Assembly (NCBI GenBank): GCA_026770705.1
Contig: JANJGN010000075.1
Location: 1,426,001 to 1,490,000 of the forward strand
Source of the DNA: Isurus oxyrinchus
Lineage: Eukaryota
Reading direction: 5' to 3'
Length of the DNA stretch: 64,000 nt
A program made the position numbers and the translations under genes. The notes beneath the pieces were generated by a model. It searched no databases. It was not told the origin of the DNA and saw only the letters and a program-made list of their open reading frames with translations. Position 1 is the stretch's first letter. Each line of letters starts with the position of its first letter. This document shows, one piece after another, positions 26,401 through 39,140 of the stretch.

Positions 26401-28403
26401 GCCTTTGGGCCATTGTTTCTACTGTCAAGGGTTCAATTTTTTTTGTGTGCCAGAGATGATGTGTTTCTGCTGTGAAACCAGAGGTTTCCGTTACGAACAA
26501 TTACTCTCTCTATAAAATACAGACAGTTACATTTCCAAATCTTTCACCTATTAATATTTAATTTGCTTTCACTATCCATTTAGTTGATATGCGATGTGTG
26601 ATGCATATGACAGTTAATAAACTACTCTTGTTATGGTGAATTGAAACACTGCTCGGTTCTTATTATTTAGACACCACTTTCTCCTTTACTCGGCTGGAGA
26701 TGGTCACATCATTGAGATAGAGGGCGGTATTGGGGCGGAGAGTAATGTCCTTAAATAAACATATTGCAGCAGCTGCTCTTACTGCTCAAAATTTTTCGTT
26801 TACCTTCCTGAGGTGATTTTTTTTCAACTTCAAAGGCTGCTGCTAATGTATGAATTTATTCCAAAATGGTGCTGGCCGACAGAGACAGAGACTCAGACGG
26901 AGGCAGTAACGCAGACAGAGACAAACACATAGACAGAGTCAGACACATTGACAAAGATAGTAACACAGAGTCATAAACACCGACAGGCACACAGACACTG
27001 ATACAGGGAAAGAGACACATGCAGATGCAGACACACAGGCAGAGACTGTCAGAGAGAGAGAGAGAGAATGTTATAGAGAGAGACTTTCAAACACACAGGC
27101 ATACAGGTAGATACACTCTCAGGAAAAGGCAGACACACAGGCAGAGTGTGACAAAGGGAGAGAATCATACGCGCTCAAAGAGGCATACACACAGACACAG
27201 ACAGCGACAGATAGAGACAGAAACAGAGCATTTCATAAACACACAGAGAGACAGGCTACAGACAGGGGCAGGGACACAGAGGGACTCATACGCACAGAGA
27301 GATAGAAACACAGACACAGACAGACACAGGGAAAAGGACTCATAAGCACAGAGACAAACAGGTGAACAGTGAGACTCATACGCACACAGAGAGCTGAACA
27401 CACTCCCACAGACAGCGTTAGATACAGAGAAAGAGACATTTATTCAAATAGCCCTTTATCAGAGAGAAAATTTTAAGATTCTTCAGATCCTCAGGCACTG
27501 TTTCTATTCTGAGCTCCGGGGTCTCACGTGACGGCTCAGTCCAGAGGGTAAATGTCAAATGATGAGAACCGAGTGAAAGAGTGAGGGGTGAGTGTGGTGA
27601 CATACACCACCCTCATCCTGCTTCCGCCTCCCAAACCAAAATGAGCGGGAATGGAATATCTCAGGATTCTGCAGCTCGAAACACATCCCCTCCAGACTCC
27701 AGTCCCGCTTTACAACTTATCCAGACAGAGTCATGTTTCCACGTGATTGCTTTTCGAATCCCCCGAAATCAGTCATCTGCTTACCGACCCTTCCTCCAGT
27801 GAATGCAATTTCTCCTTATTCATACAGCAAATCCCTTATATGATTTGGGAGCATCCTGTTTGTTTCCTCATAGCCATCTCCCTGTGTCTGTGTGTCTGCC
27901 TCAATCCGTGGGTCTGAGTCTGTGTGAAACATTATTGAATTTCTCGCAATTAGGAGACCGATCCCCGCATTTCCTATCTCTCCACAGAACTGAAGTCCCC
28001 TCATCCCCGGTACCAATGTGCCCAATATCCTATACACCCTATCCAAGTCTTTGACATCCTCCCTTAAGCTGATGCAAGAATTGAACATGATGTCCCCGCT
28101 GAGGCCTTGCTGATGACGCATGTATTTTGAGAACCGATTCCTCTCTTTTGTAATTGTTTGCCTTTATGTTTAGCATTACAATTCTTGCAGTTTTGCTTTT
28201 CCACAGTTTCTTCAACGTTTGTATATGAACATACGAACAAGGAGAAGGAATAGGACATTCCGCTCCTTCAGCCTGCTCTGCTATTTAATAAAATCATGGC
28301 TGATCTGATGGTTAGGTCATCTGAATCCCTACTACCCCGATAACGTATCAACACCTTGCATATGGATAATCTATCTACTTCTGCTTTTAAAATGTTCAAT
28401 CAC
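20461..28403. repeat. Higher-order segmental repeat, unit 2 (modules A-B-C)
   Basis: Same order of blocks as unit 1, with cassettes at 21134, 24097 and 26713. Includes an old antisense CR1 (~21760-23500) shared with the other units. Confidence 0.75.
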
Positions 28404-31400
28404 TGACAGAACCCTTCATCTTAACCCATTTAATTTGTGTGGTGCGTCAAAATACATCCAAACGTTGAGATGCTTGAAGACCCTGGTGCTATTGTAAATA
28501 TGTTTCTGTAATTAATAGTCTTGAATTCAGTTTTGATGATGAATGAATGCCTGAGAACCAGCAGCTGCTGCTTTTACTCTCACAGTTCTGATGCTCTTAG
28601 AAAGGCTGCATACTATTTAAGTCTGAAGTTATGTCCAAAATATTGTAACAATATGTTTGTATTCAGTGTGTTCAGACATAACCTTCAGTATGATGTAACT
28701 TTCTTGCTGTGAGCGTTAAATTTCACTTGACCAGTAGTGAAGGGCTTCGATGCTGAACACAGTGACCTTCGGTTAGTGCAAAGTTTGTCACTTCATGCCT
28801 AATATCGATTGAAATTATTTGCATTTAAAGCAGAAAAAGACATCAGTCGGCCCAGAAGCTCTATGCTGTTATTGAAGCTGCACACCATCTTCCTCCCACT
28901 TTGGTTTATCCAACGTTATCATCTCTTCCTCACAGTCGTTTTCACCCACATGTTTACAGACACGTTTCCCCTGAAAGACATCAACTCTATCGTCCTCAAC
29001 TACTCCACGAGGTGCAATATGGGATATTCTGCCCACTCCCTGGGTGAAGTTATATATCTTGAATTCCACACTGACTCTGTGAAATGACGTAGAGGCCAAT
29101 GAATTTCACCTTTGGAAATGGGAATCTGATTGTTTGGAAAATGACCTTGGCAGGGCCGAAGGTCTGTTTAGTCCTGGTTGTCCTATGTGATTACCAGTCC
29201 GCTCAGTGCTCAAAATCCACAGAAAATGAACATCGGACGATTGTTGTGACACAGCTGCTGGTTATTCTGATATTTGTTCTGTGCTGCGAAGTGGGCATGC
29301 CAGGAAAGAGCGTGAATTTTCATTAGGGAACGAAATCAGCTGCTCTCTCCTGGTCTGGCCGACGTGTGGCTCCAGACACACAACAATTTGGTTCACTCTT
29401 TAATATCTCCTCGCAATGAGGGGAGTAAGGCATGGGCAATAAATGCCGGCTTAGCCAGTGATGCCCACATCCCATTAATGAACAAACAATAAAGTTAGAA
29501 ACAATTCAAAGGCCTATAGGCCTTTAACACCACAATTGACTGGGGGAACGCTATTAAATCAAGATCTACTTTCAAACTGGATCAGATAATGTGATGGTGT
29601 ATTCAGCGTGGGCGGGGTTCATTTACCAGTGAGCGTCATTTGGAAAGTTGAACTGGAGGAAAGCACTTGAATACAATTAGGGAACATTCTGGTAAATTTA
29701 TTTTGGGCTATTCTGTTAATTCTAATTCAATGTCGTCACTAACAGGAGCTAAGTTCCTGTTTCTTTGAACTGAAGCTCCATCAAGTTGAAACTGTTCCCT
29801 TCCGCTCCAACGTCTAAGTGCTATCACGTTCGTTATTAATAATGATCATCTTCAGTATGTTTGTTTATTTTTCAGTCATGCTCCTAGCCTTTAGCTGCTT
29901 TCAATGTACCTTCTGTTAGCTTTGAGCTGGTGTCTCTACCAACTGTACAACAAAACAGAAACTTGAATATACTCCACTTCCTCTTTCAGTTTCCTAGCCC
30001 TGAGCATATCACTGAGATAGAGATCTGCAGTGTGGGCGGAGACTAATGACCAACAGTGCTGCAGTCTATCTTTGTGTTCAGAATTCACGTCTCAATTACC
30101 GAATTCCATCGTTTCAATTCCACTGTCAATGCCTCCAACTGTTCCATGCTGCAGCTCTGACAAATTCACGTTGTGTTTCTTGTTCTGGACATATGTGGGG
30201 ATCTGCAAAGATTCTCAGTGTTTGTACACACAGTGCACCCAGCAGCTCTCCTTTGACGTTCACTGAAGCTTTCATCCAGTCAGTTCATGGATCTTTAGTG
30301 AACTTTTCAACTTATTTCAATTGAGTTCTGTGCTTAAGACAAAGGGAATTTACTGATGACAACCAATGATTGTTGATAGTGTTTGCAAATGGAGGCTCAA
30401 TACAACAAATACAATTAGAATTATAGATACAATTATCTGCAGAGACCATTCGTCCTGTCCTTTCTGTGCTGGATATTTTAAGTGCTGTTAGATATGGTAC
30501 AATGCCCCCAATTTAATTGTCGTAAATATCCCAAATTAATCCTATTAAAATTTATATAGAGTGCTCGTTGTGATGTTTCTATGGAATCATATTGCACATT
30601 TCAACGTCCCTCTTGCAAATTTAACCTTTCCCTGCATTTTAAACCCTCCCGTAAGATCATAAGATCGTTAGTTCAATCGGAATAGGAGCATGTGTAGGCC
30701 ATTCAGTTCCTCGAGCCTGCTGCACCGTTCCATGCGATCATTGCTGATTTAATTGTGGCCTTCAATCCACTTATTTCCTTCGCTCCATGGACCTTTACGT
30801 CATTGTGGATCACAACTTTGATTTTATTAAATGTCCCTGCCTCCATTGCTCTCTGGTGAAGATAACTCCAGGGGAGGCAAATTCCTCTTCCATTCCGTTT
30901 TACTGGGCGACTCCTTCTTTGTAAACTGCGGGCCCCACTTCTCATTCACCCCACTGGGAGAATATTATCTTAGTATCTAGATTGTAGTGCACCTCTGTGT
31001 CTTGTGTGCTTCTCTAAGCACAGGTATCAGAATTCTCAGCACCATTGAGCACAGGCTGAATCTGTTCAGCCTTCTCTGAAGATAATCACTTCAAGCCAAG
31101 TTTCAGTGAAACTTGTGTGAACTGCCCCTCATACAAAAATACCCTTCCTTTATCTGGAAAGCAAAATTGTAGAAAAAACTCTTGTTTCAATCTCGCTAAT
31201 GTTCTGTAGAATTGTGGTGACGTTCGCTGCAGTTAAACTGAATCCCTTTTTGCAAAAAATGTCCATATTTATATTTATTCTATCGTTTTATGTTGTATGT
31301 TAATTGTACTTCGCTGTGATCCATATGCAAGGACACTCAGGTCCCTCTCTACCAGAACATTTTGTAGTTTATCCCCATTATAATTAACATACTTTTTCTT

Positions 31401-34400
31401 TTTTTCTGTCATTTGGAAAAGTTTGCATTTTCCCAGGTTACACTCCCTCTACCCAAATGATTGCCAATCACTCACTTGCTTTCTCCTTTGCAGACTCGTC
31501 GTATCCTCCTCATGAATTGCTTTCCTGCCTATTTTTGTATCATTGCAAATGTGTTCACAATTCATCCCAATCCCTTCACCCAAACCTCATGTTGTTGATA
31601 AATTGTTATAGTTCCCTGTGACACATCACTCGTTCCAGTGTGCCAACCTGAATATGCTCCATTTTCCCCACCTCTCCGCTTCCAGTTAGTTTTCCAAATC
31701 CCCTATCCCTGCCCTTATATCACCCACAATATAATGGGATATGATTGGTGCTGCATTATGATTTAACGTGGTGGTTTATCCAATCGCATTTGCAAATCCA
31801 ATTATACTGGACCAACATGTTCCCCATTGTTGAGTATGTTTGTTACATGCTCAAAGAGCACAAACCTTTACCAAACAACATTTTATTTACACAAGAAGAT
31901 GTTAACTCTGCCTAATTATAGTTTGATTTTTTTATATGTCCTGCTACTACATCCTTAATAATAAATTGTAACATTTCCAGAAAGTCAGGTGCTATCTAAC
32001 AATCCTGTAGACCCCTATTCTTTGTTCATATGCTCCTTTCTAGAATTTAGGTGCTGCTTTAGCATGTTTCCAATCAATCGGAAGCTTTCCAGAATTAGGG
32101 AATATTTGATGATTGCAACCAATGTATCTATTAATTCTGCTGCACCTTACTTTAGGACCCCTGGATGCAGGCCATCGATTCCCGGAGCCATGTCAGTCAT
32201 GAGTTCCATTAGTCTTCCCAGCACTTTTTTCTCTAATGACCCTGTTTTTATTAGTTTCCTCCCTTTCGATTTTCTTCCATGCCTTGGATGATGCGTTTGT
32301 GAGTGTGGGTTAGTATGTGCGTGTACGCATGATTGTGATCTAGTGCGAATACGGGTTTTAAAATACTTGTACACATTCTTGCCATTTCCTTATTCCCCGT
32401 TAGTAACGTGTCTGTTTCCCCCTCTAATGGACCAATTCTCCCTTTGTCTTTATATATAATTTACTTTTAAATGATATTTTTTAGCATTGTATTTTCCTGT
32501 ATGTTTTTATACTGTCATATACCGAGCAAACCCTGAATTTGTTGGCAAGATGCAATGTGTATTTGTGTTAATAGCTTCAAAGATGTTTTGTGGAACATTT
32601 CGTAACTTAATGGTGTAGGAAGTTACTTGAATTTAATTGCATGAGTGAATGAGTTCAGGGAGATTCAGTATTTTAGTCAGCGAAAATTGGTGGGCTATTG
32701 ATTAGTGAGTAATTAATGATTAATTAATACATATTTCAAAGTAATCAATAAAGATTTTCATTTTTTATTCAATCAGAGTGTTTGATAACGTGTCTCTCCC
32801 TTTACCATTGCTTTTCCAGTAAAGGGTTAAATTCTATTGGACTGAGATTATGTGCTTCTGATCTGAAACCACAGCTTTATATTGCGTTCGGAAATATTGT
32901 CATTTAAAAAAAAATCTATTGATGTTTAATTGTTCTCCACTCGCCATTAAATTCATACGCGAAGTGTGAAGTTGTTGACAGTTTATAAGCTACACTTGCA
33001 AATGTGAATTATAAGATTAATCGTGTCTCCTTTTTAGGGGCACTTTCTCTTTTGGTCTACTTGAATTGTTCACATCCTTGAGATAGATCTGGAAGAGGAC
33101 GGAGACTAATGTCCTTCAGTTAATACGTTTCTGCAGCTGGACTTTATGTTCTACATTTTTAATGTTACATTCACTTGTTACCTTAACTTGCAGTTAATGC
33201 AGCAAAGCATTCCATCATGGTGCACAGAGAAGACAGACAGACAGACAGACAGACAGACACAGAGCAACAGATACACTGACAATTAGAGAAAGACAGTCAG
33301 TGACAGCCAGACATTCAATACAGAAACACAAAACATTTCAAGCACTCGGAGACTGAGAGATAGGCAGTGGCAGGCAGACCGGCAGAGACAGACATACATA
33401 CATTGACAGAGACAAAAATAGTGGCAGGTAAACATTCAAGATTGAAGCACAGACAGTTTAAGGCACACCGACAGACACACAGGCAATGACAGACATACAG
33501 GCGACCACACAGATACACAGACAGGGACAGACACAAAGACAGACACAGAGTCAGAGTTAGGCACAAACACAGTGGGAAACATATATAGGCAGACACGTAC
33601 ACGGAGACAGTCATACAAAGAGAGATAGGCTCACAGGCAGAAACAGCTAAACGACAAGAGATAGGTACACAGACAGAAGCAGATAGACTGTCACAGAGAC
33701 AGAGACAGTCACGCAGAAAGAGAACGACACATAATTTGAGGCAGATACAGAGTAAAATAGGAAAGTAAATGGAGAGACGCAGAGTGACAAGAAACAGACA
33801 TAGTGATACAAACATTAAGGCAGAGGCAGCCACAAAAACATGAGTCAGAGAACCAGGTAGTGGCAGTCACACACACTGAGACATTTTCACAAGCCCCTTA
33901 TTCATAGAGAAACATTTTTTGAGCAGGCCCTCGCTCACGGTGTCACCTTCCTCTCCTTTGCCGCTCTTTATACCGTGGAGTATCCACGGGAACGAGGAGG
34001 CCTGAAGATAAACGACCATCATAGATCATGGAGGGATAGATAGAGCTCAACATGTTAAAACATCCGTCGCACACTCCCTGTAGATGGCCCGCCTTCCAAA
34101 TCTCCGGATTGGGATGGTAAAGCCAAAGACACTCATCCCTGATATAGTTTTGGACAACCACTTTTTAAACGTTCCAAAGGCCCGGAAAACCTTTCTAAAG
34201 TGTTTTGCTCAGTCATGGCGACAATAACTTAGCTCTGGCCTAACCGATGATTCAATTATGCATTCGTGAATCACGTCATTCTTTTCTTGCCTTTGATTGT
34301 TCTTTGAACAACTGGATATCCAATCAGACATTTTTTTCCACCGCTCTCAGAGACGAATTCTCATTTTGTCTGTTATCTTCCTTTTCATATTCTTGCTGAA

Positions 34401-37400
34401 GCTTTTTTATTCATGTCTGCAAATAGACGATGATGTGGCTCTCGAATCCTTAACATGCACCCTGTGTGCTTATTAACAATTTCTGAACTGCTTTGCGGAA
34501 TATTTAATAACTGATTTATATTTGAAGTAATTTGCATTTAATTGTTTGAATAATTAATTGCAGGATGATTCAGCCAGAATATCCGCACCACTGCTGGTGA
34601 TTTATTGCAGGATGAATTATTTAATCCGATCAAAGTATTTAACACAAATTTTTAAATAATGTTTTCAATCAATGTCCAATGTGTATCAACACAATTCAGT
34701 CTCTGGATCATTGCTTCCAATCCCAAGGATAAATTGATTTGAGCCTGAGATGATTTGTTTCTGCTGTAAAATCACGGGTTTCTGTTACAAACACTTTGTG
34801 TCTTTGTAAAATTCAGGCAGTTACATTTCCAAATATTTCACCGAAAGATATTTAATTTTCATACTCTCTCCATTTAGTTGATATGCGAAGTATCATGCTT
34901 GTGACAGTCAGTTAACTACTCTTGTTACTGTGAATAGAAACAGTACTCGGCTCTTATTATTTTGACGGCACTTCCTCATTTACTCGGCAGGAGTTAGTCA
35001 CGTCATTGAGATAGAGATCTATATAGGGGTGGAGACTAATGTCCTTAAATAAACACTTTGCAGCAGCTGCTCTTTCTGCTCAAATTTAATATGTACCATC
35101 CTGAGTATATTTTTCAAATTCAAAGCAACTGCTAATGTATGGATTCATTCCATTATGGTTCTCGCCGACACAGACAGAGACTCAGGCGGAAGCAGGCATG
35201 CAGACAGAGTCGGACACACACACATAGTCAGGCACATAGACAAGGATAGGCTCACAGAGTAAGATACACCGACAGACAGAGACAAACACAGAGAGAGACT
35301 CATGCGTACACAGATATATCGATACACAGACAGTGATATTTATACCAAAATTCTTTAACCATAGAGAAAAGAGAAATAATCTCTAGGTCCTCACTCACTG
35401 CCTCTTCTCTCTGAGCTCACCAGGTCTCGTGTGACAACTGAAGCCAGCAGGTTAATGCTAATTGTTAAAATTAAGGCATCGAAAGGGGGCTGAATCTGGG
35501 GACATAAATCAACCTCATCCTGCGGCCTTCTCCCAAAACCAAACTGAGTGGGATCGGAATGCCAGGGGAGTTTGGATCTCACAACAGATCCCTTCCAGTC
35601 CCCAACCCCGCTTGACAACCTATGCAGACAGTGCCATATTTCTCCTTCTCCCCCCGCACGCCCCCCCCCCCGCTTTCTTTTGAAATCGCCAGAAATCACA
35701 GAATCACAAAGTGCAGAAGCCCTTCGAGTTTGCACCGACACGTGAGGAAACACCTGACCTACGAACGCAGTCCCATTTACCAGCACATGGACGATAGCCT
35801 TGAAGGTTATGACGTGCCAAGTGCTCCACCAGGTGCTTTTTAAAGGATGTGAGGCAACCCCCCTCCACCACTCTCCCAGACAACGCATTCTAGATCGTCA
35901 CTACCCTCAGGGTAAAAAAACATTTCCTCACATCCCCCAAAACCTCCTGCCCCTCATCTTGAACTTATGTCAACTCGTGCCTGACCCTTAAATTATGGTG
36001 AACAGCTGCTCCCTATACACACTTTCCATGCCACTCATAATCTGGCACACCTCGATCAGTTCGTCCCTCAGTCTTCTCTGCTTCAACGAAAACAACACAA
36101 AACTATCCAACCTCTCTTCATAACTTAAATGTTTCATCCCAGGCAATATCCTGGTGTACCTCCTCTGCACCCCATCAGTGCAATCACATCCTTCCTATAA
36201 TGTGGCGGCCAGAACTGCTCACAATACTTCAGCTGTGGCCTCACCAAGGTTCTATAGAACTCCAACATGGCCACCCTACTTTTGTAACCTACACCTCGAT
36301 TGATAAAGGCAAGTGTCCTATATGCCTTTTTTACTACCTCATTGACATGCTCATCTGCCTTCAGAGATCTATGGACAGACCCGCCAAGGTCCCTTTGTTC
36401 CTGAGAACTTTCGAGTGTCATGCCGTTCATTGAATACTTCCTTGTCCAATTACTTCTTCCAGTGTGTATCACTTCACACTTTTCCAGGTTAAATTCCATC
36501 TGCTACTTGTCTTTCCATTACACCATCCTGTGTATATCTTCCTGTAGCCCAAGAAACTGGACTTCACTGTGAACCACTCAGCCAATCATTGTGTCATCAG
36601 AAAAAATTAGTAATCCTTCACCCCATTTAGTCATCTATGTCGTTTATATAAATGGCGAAAAATAGGGGACCTTACATGGATCCCTGTGGTATGCCACTGG
36701 ACATTGGCTTCCCCACTAAAACATCCGTCTGTCATCACACTCTGCCTCCTACAACATTGCCAATTCTAATCCTCCTTATCACATTACCCTGTATCCTAAG
36801 TGCATTTGCCTTTTTGATAACTCTCCAACCTGGAACCTTGTTCTGGCTTTGGTGAAATCCATAGAAACTACATAAACTGCACTACCCTCGTCTACACACC
36901 TGGTCAGCTCCTCAAATAATTTAATCAGATTTGCTAAGGATCTGGGTCATCTGCTTACCACCCCACCAGCCAGTGGATACAACAACTCCTTATTCCATCA
37001 ATCAAACACTTTTATGATTTGGAAACCTCCAGCAAGTGTCCTCATAGCCTTCTCTGTTCTTTGTCAGTATGTGAATCTGCCTCACTCCCTATGTCTGAGT
37101 CTGTGTCCCATTAATGAATTTCTCACAATCAGGAGAACGACCCCCCCACTTTCCCTATCTCTCCACATAACTGAAGATCCCTCATCCCTGATAGCATTGT
37201 GTCCAATATCCTTTCCATTCTTTCCAAGTCTTTTACATACTCCCTAAAGTTGATATCAGGATTCAGTAGGATATTCCAGATGACGCCTAACCGATGATTT
37301 ATGCATTTTTGAGAATCACTTCCTGTTTTATTTGGCGCAGATGCTTCAACGTTGACTTAAGGACATAAGATAAAGGAGCAGGAATAGGCCATTTGGCCCC

Positions 37401-37520
37401 TCCATTCTGTGCTGCAATTTAATAAAATCATGGCTGATCTGACAGTTGCTGCAGCTGCACTCCTCTTACAACGATAATCTATCACCCTGTTGCTTACAAA
37501 GAATCTATCCACCTCTGGCT
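28404..37520. repeat. Higher-order segmental repeat, unit 3 (modules A-B-C)
   Basis: Cassettes at 30013, 33079 and 35007. Shares the antisense CR1 (~30650-32450) and has a unit-specific younger CR1 at ~35695-36940. Confidence 0.75.
35695..36940 (-). mobile_element. Relatively young CR1 LINE fragment (RT C-terminal region)
   Basis: MEFNLEKCEVIH...RDLG...YRTLVRPQLKYCEQFWPPHYRKDVIAL and QRRYTRILPGMKHLSYEERL...RRLRDELIEV are hallmark CR1 ORF2 sequences. It interrupts module C in unit 3 only. Confidence 0.9.
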
Positions 37521-37870
37521 AGGAAATATCAAACATTCCACTTCCATCCTCTTTTCAGAAAGAGACTTCCAAAGACTCACGACTCACTGAGTGTAAAGAA
37601 GAAAATATTCATCTTCGTTTTAAATGGGCGATCCCTGAGTTTTAAGAGTGACCCCTAGTTCTAGATTATCCCAAAAGAGGAAAAATCATATCCACACCCA
37701 CCCGGTCAAGGCTACTCAGGATCTTATGTGTTTCAATGAAGTCGCATCTTACTTATCTAAACTCCAGCTGATACAAGCCTGGACTGTCCAACCTTTTCTC
37801 ATAAAACAACCCACCCATTTCAGGACAAAATTTGGTTAGCCGTCTCTGAATTGCTTCCACCGTGTTTCTG
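37360..37870 (-). mobile_element. CR1 3' end
   Basis: aggagcaggaataggccatttggcccc...atcatggctgatct...agagacttccaaagactcacgact is an antisense CR1 3' UTR / ORF2 end. Confidence 0.65.
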
Positions 37871-38679
37871 ACATCTTGAAATATGGGTGGATGTGAACTC
37901 TCTTCCTGCACACTTTGGAGCATTTAACAATTTCCTTCAAGATGCCTTTTCTTCTGTTTCCTCTCTTAGTGCATTACCTCTCAATTCTCTTCATGAATTA
38001 TCATCCACAGTTCATCAGGCTGCCCATGTCCACCTGAAATCTGCTTCTATGCTGCTCCCTCTTTACTAAAATTTCAAACTCACTAGATTTACAGCTGCCC
38101 GCAGATGTTGGCAGGTTCGGCTTAGAAAATAAAGATCGGGAAACTGAACAAGATATAGGAAAATGAGGAGGTCATTTAACACTTAAAGTCTTTGACACCA
38201 TTAAATTAGATGATCGCCACGCAGCCAGTGGAAGCGGTGACGTAGTGGTTTATCACTGGAATAATAATGCACAGTTATGGTTTATCGATTTTTTTTTCCA
38301 ATCCCAGGTGGAGGAGTTACCATGCAACCAGTGTGGATTACTGAAAAATGCCAATTGCCTGCGTCCAAAATACCAAACAGTTCTCAAAGACAATTGGATA
38401 GTAAATGTTAGCTGAGCCAGTGATCCCCTATGAGCGAATGTAAGAGCAAAGATACATGCTAGTCTCTGATTGATAGCAAATAATACTGTTAATTCGGAAA
38501 TAAGTAAACCATTGACATCGCCTTTGTCAGCAGATTTTTTCAATCTTATATCACCTTAGTTTCTAAGTTCACTCCTCAAGGCTCTGGCACTATCATCGTG
38601 CCTGTGCCTCCCAGTCCTAGACTGCAGTTGTTGGGTGAGAGTGGAAATACTGAACTTGTCCTACTGACAGCATAGAGAT

Positions 38680-39040
38680 ATAGGAGTAGATTTGATGGCG
38701 GTATTCAAAATACCGATGGATTTTGATGGACTGGATAAGGAGAAAGTGAATCCAGTGGTGGAAGAGTCGGTAACCAGAGGACACACAATTGAACATAATA
38801 ATCAAAAGAACCAAAGGGGACACGATGAGGTCACATTTCTTTACAGACAGCGAGTTGTTGTGACTTGGAATGCCACTCCTGAAATAGAATTATGAACATG
38901 TGGAATAGAATTTGATAACTATCTGCGTGGAAAAGATAATTCAGGGGTATTGGGAAAAGCAGGGACTGGGATTAATTGAAAAGCTCCATAAACGAGTTGA
39001 CAAATATACAAGGGCCTTCTTTGAATTGTATTGTATCATT
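38680..39040 (+). mobile_element. CR1 3' end
   Basis: VFKIPMDFDGLDKEK...VTRGH...QRVVVTWNA matches the CR1 terminal ORF2 motif. Confidence 0.7.
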
Positions 39041-39107
39041 CCAGGATTCTTGGGAGCAAGGGAATGTGCTGGTCTTCATTTAATCAATTCATCTTCTCTC
39101 TTTTCAG

Positions 39108-39140
39108 TGGCTTTTGCAGTTCAGATGAGCGTGTCTCAAT
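39108..39140 (+). CDS. Ig receptor exon 2, 33-bp leader mini-exon (VAFAVQMSVSQ)
   Basis: Strong acceptor ttctctcttttcag and donor gtaagt, phase 1-1. Split leaders with a mini-exon are typical of LRC and FcR family genes. Confidence 0.8.

Larger units (their letters stand above)
9720..35045 (+). promoter_or_regulatory. Dispersed array of 11 copies of a ~75-bp cassette: CACTTYCTCWTT-N26-TGAGATAGAGATCTG-N5-6-GGGCGGAGACTAATG
   Basis: The TGAGAT core starts at 9764 (degenerate), 10849, 14597, 16756, 19009, 21134, 24097, 26713, 30013, 33079 and 35007. The repeat is seen directly; a regulatory role is inferred from the PU.1/IRF-, GATA- and Sp1-like motifs. Confidence 0.5.

Noticed and set aside
33908-34010. 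Possible acceptor followed by LSRPSLTVSPSSP, resembling an Ig A-strand
   Set aside because: A stop follows with no Cys, and the paralogous copy at ~25059 does not keep the peptide.
9764-35041. Recurrent ~36-bp motif as a CRISPR-like array or miRNA cluster
   Set aside because: Copies are 1-4 kb apart in vertebrate DNA with no cas genes. I saw no consistent hairpin around the motif.
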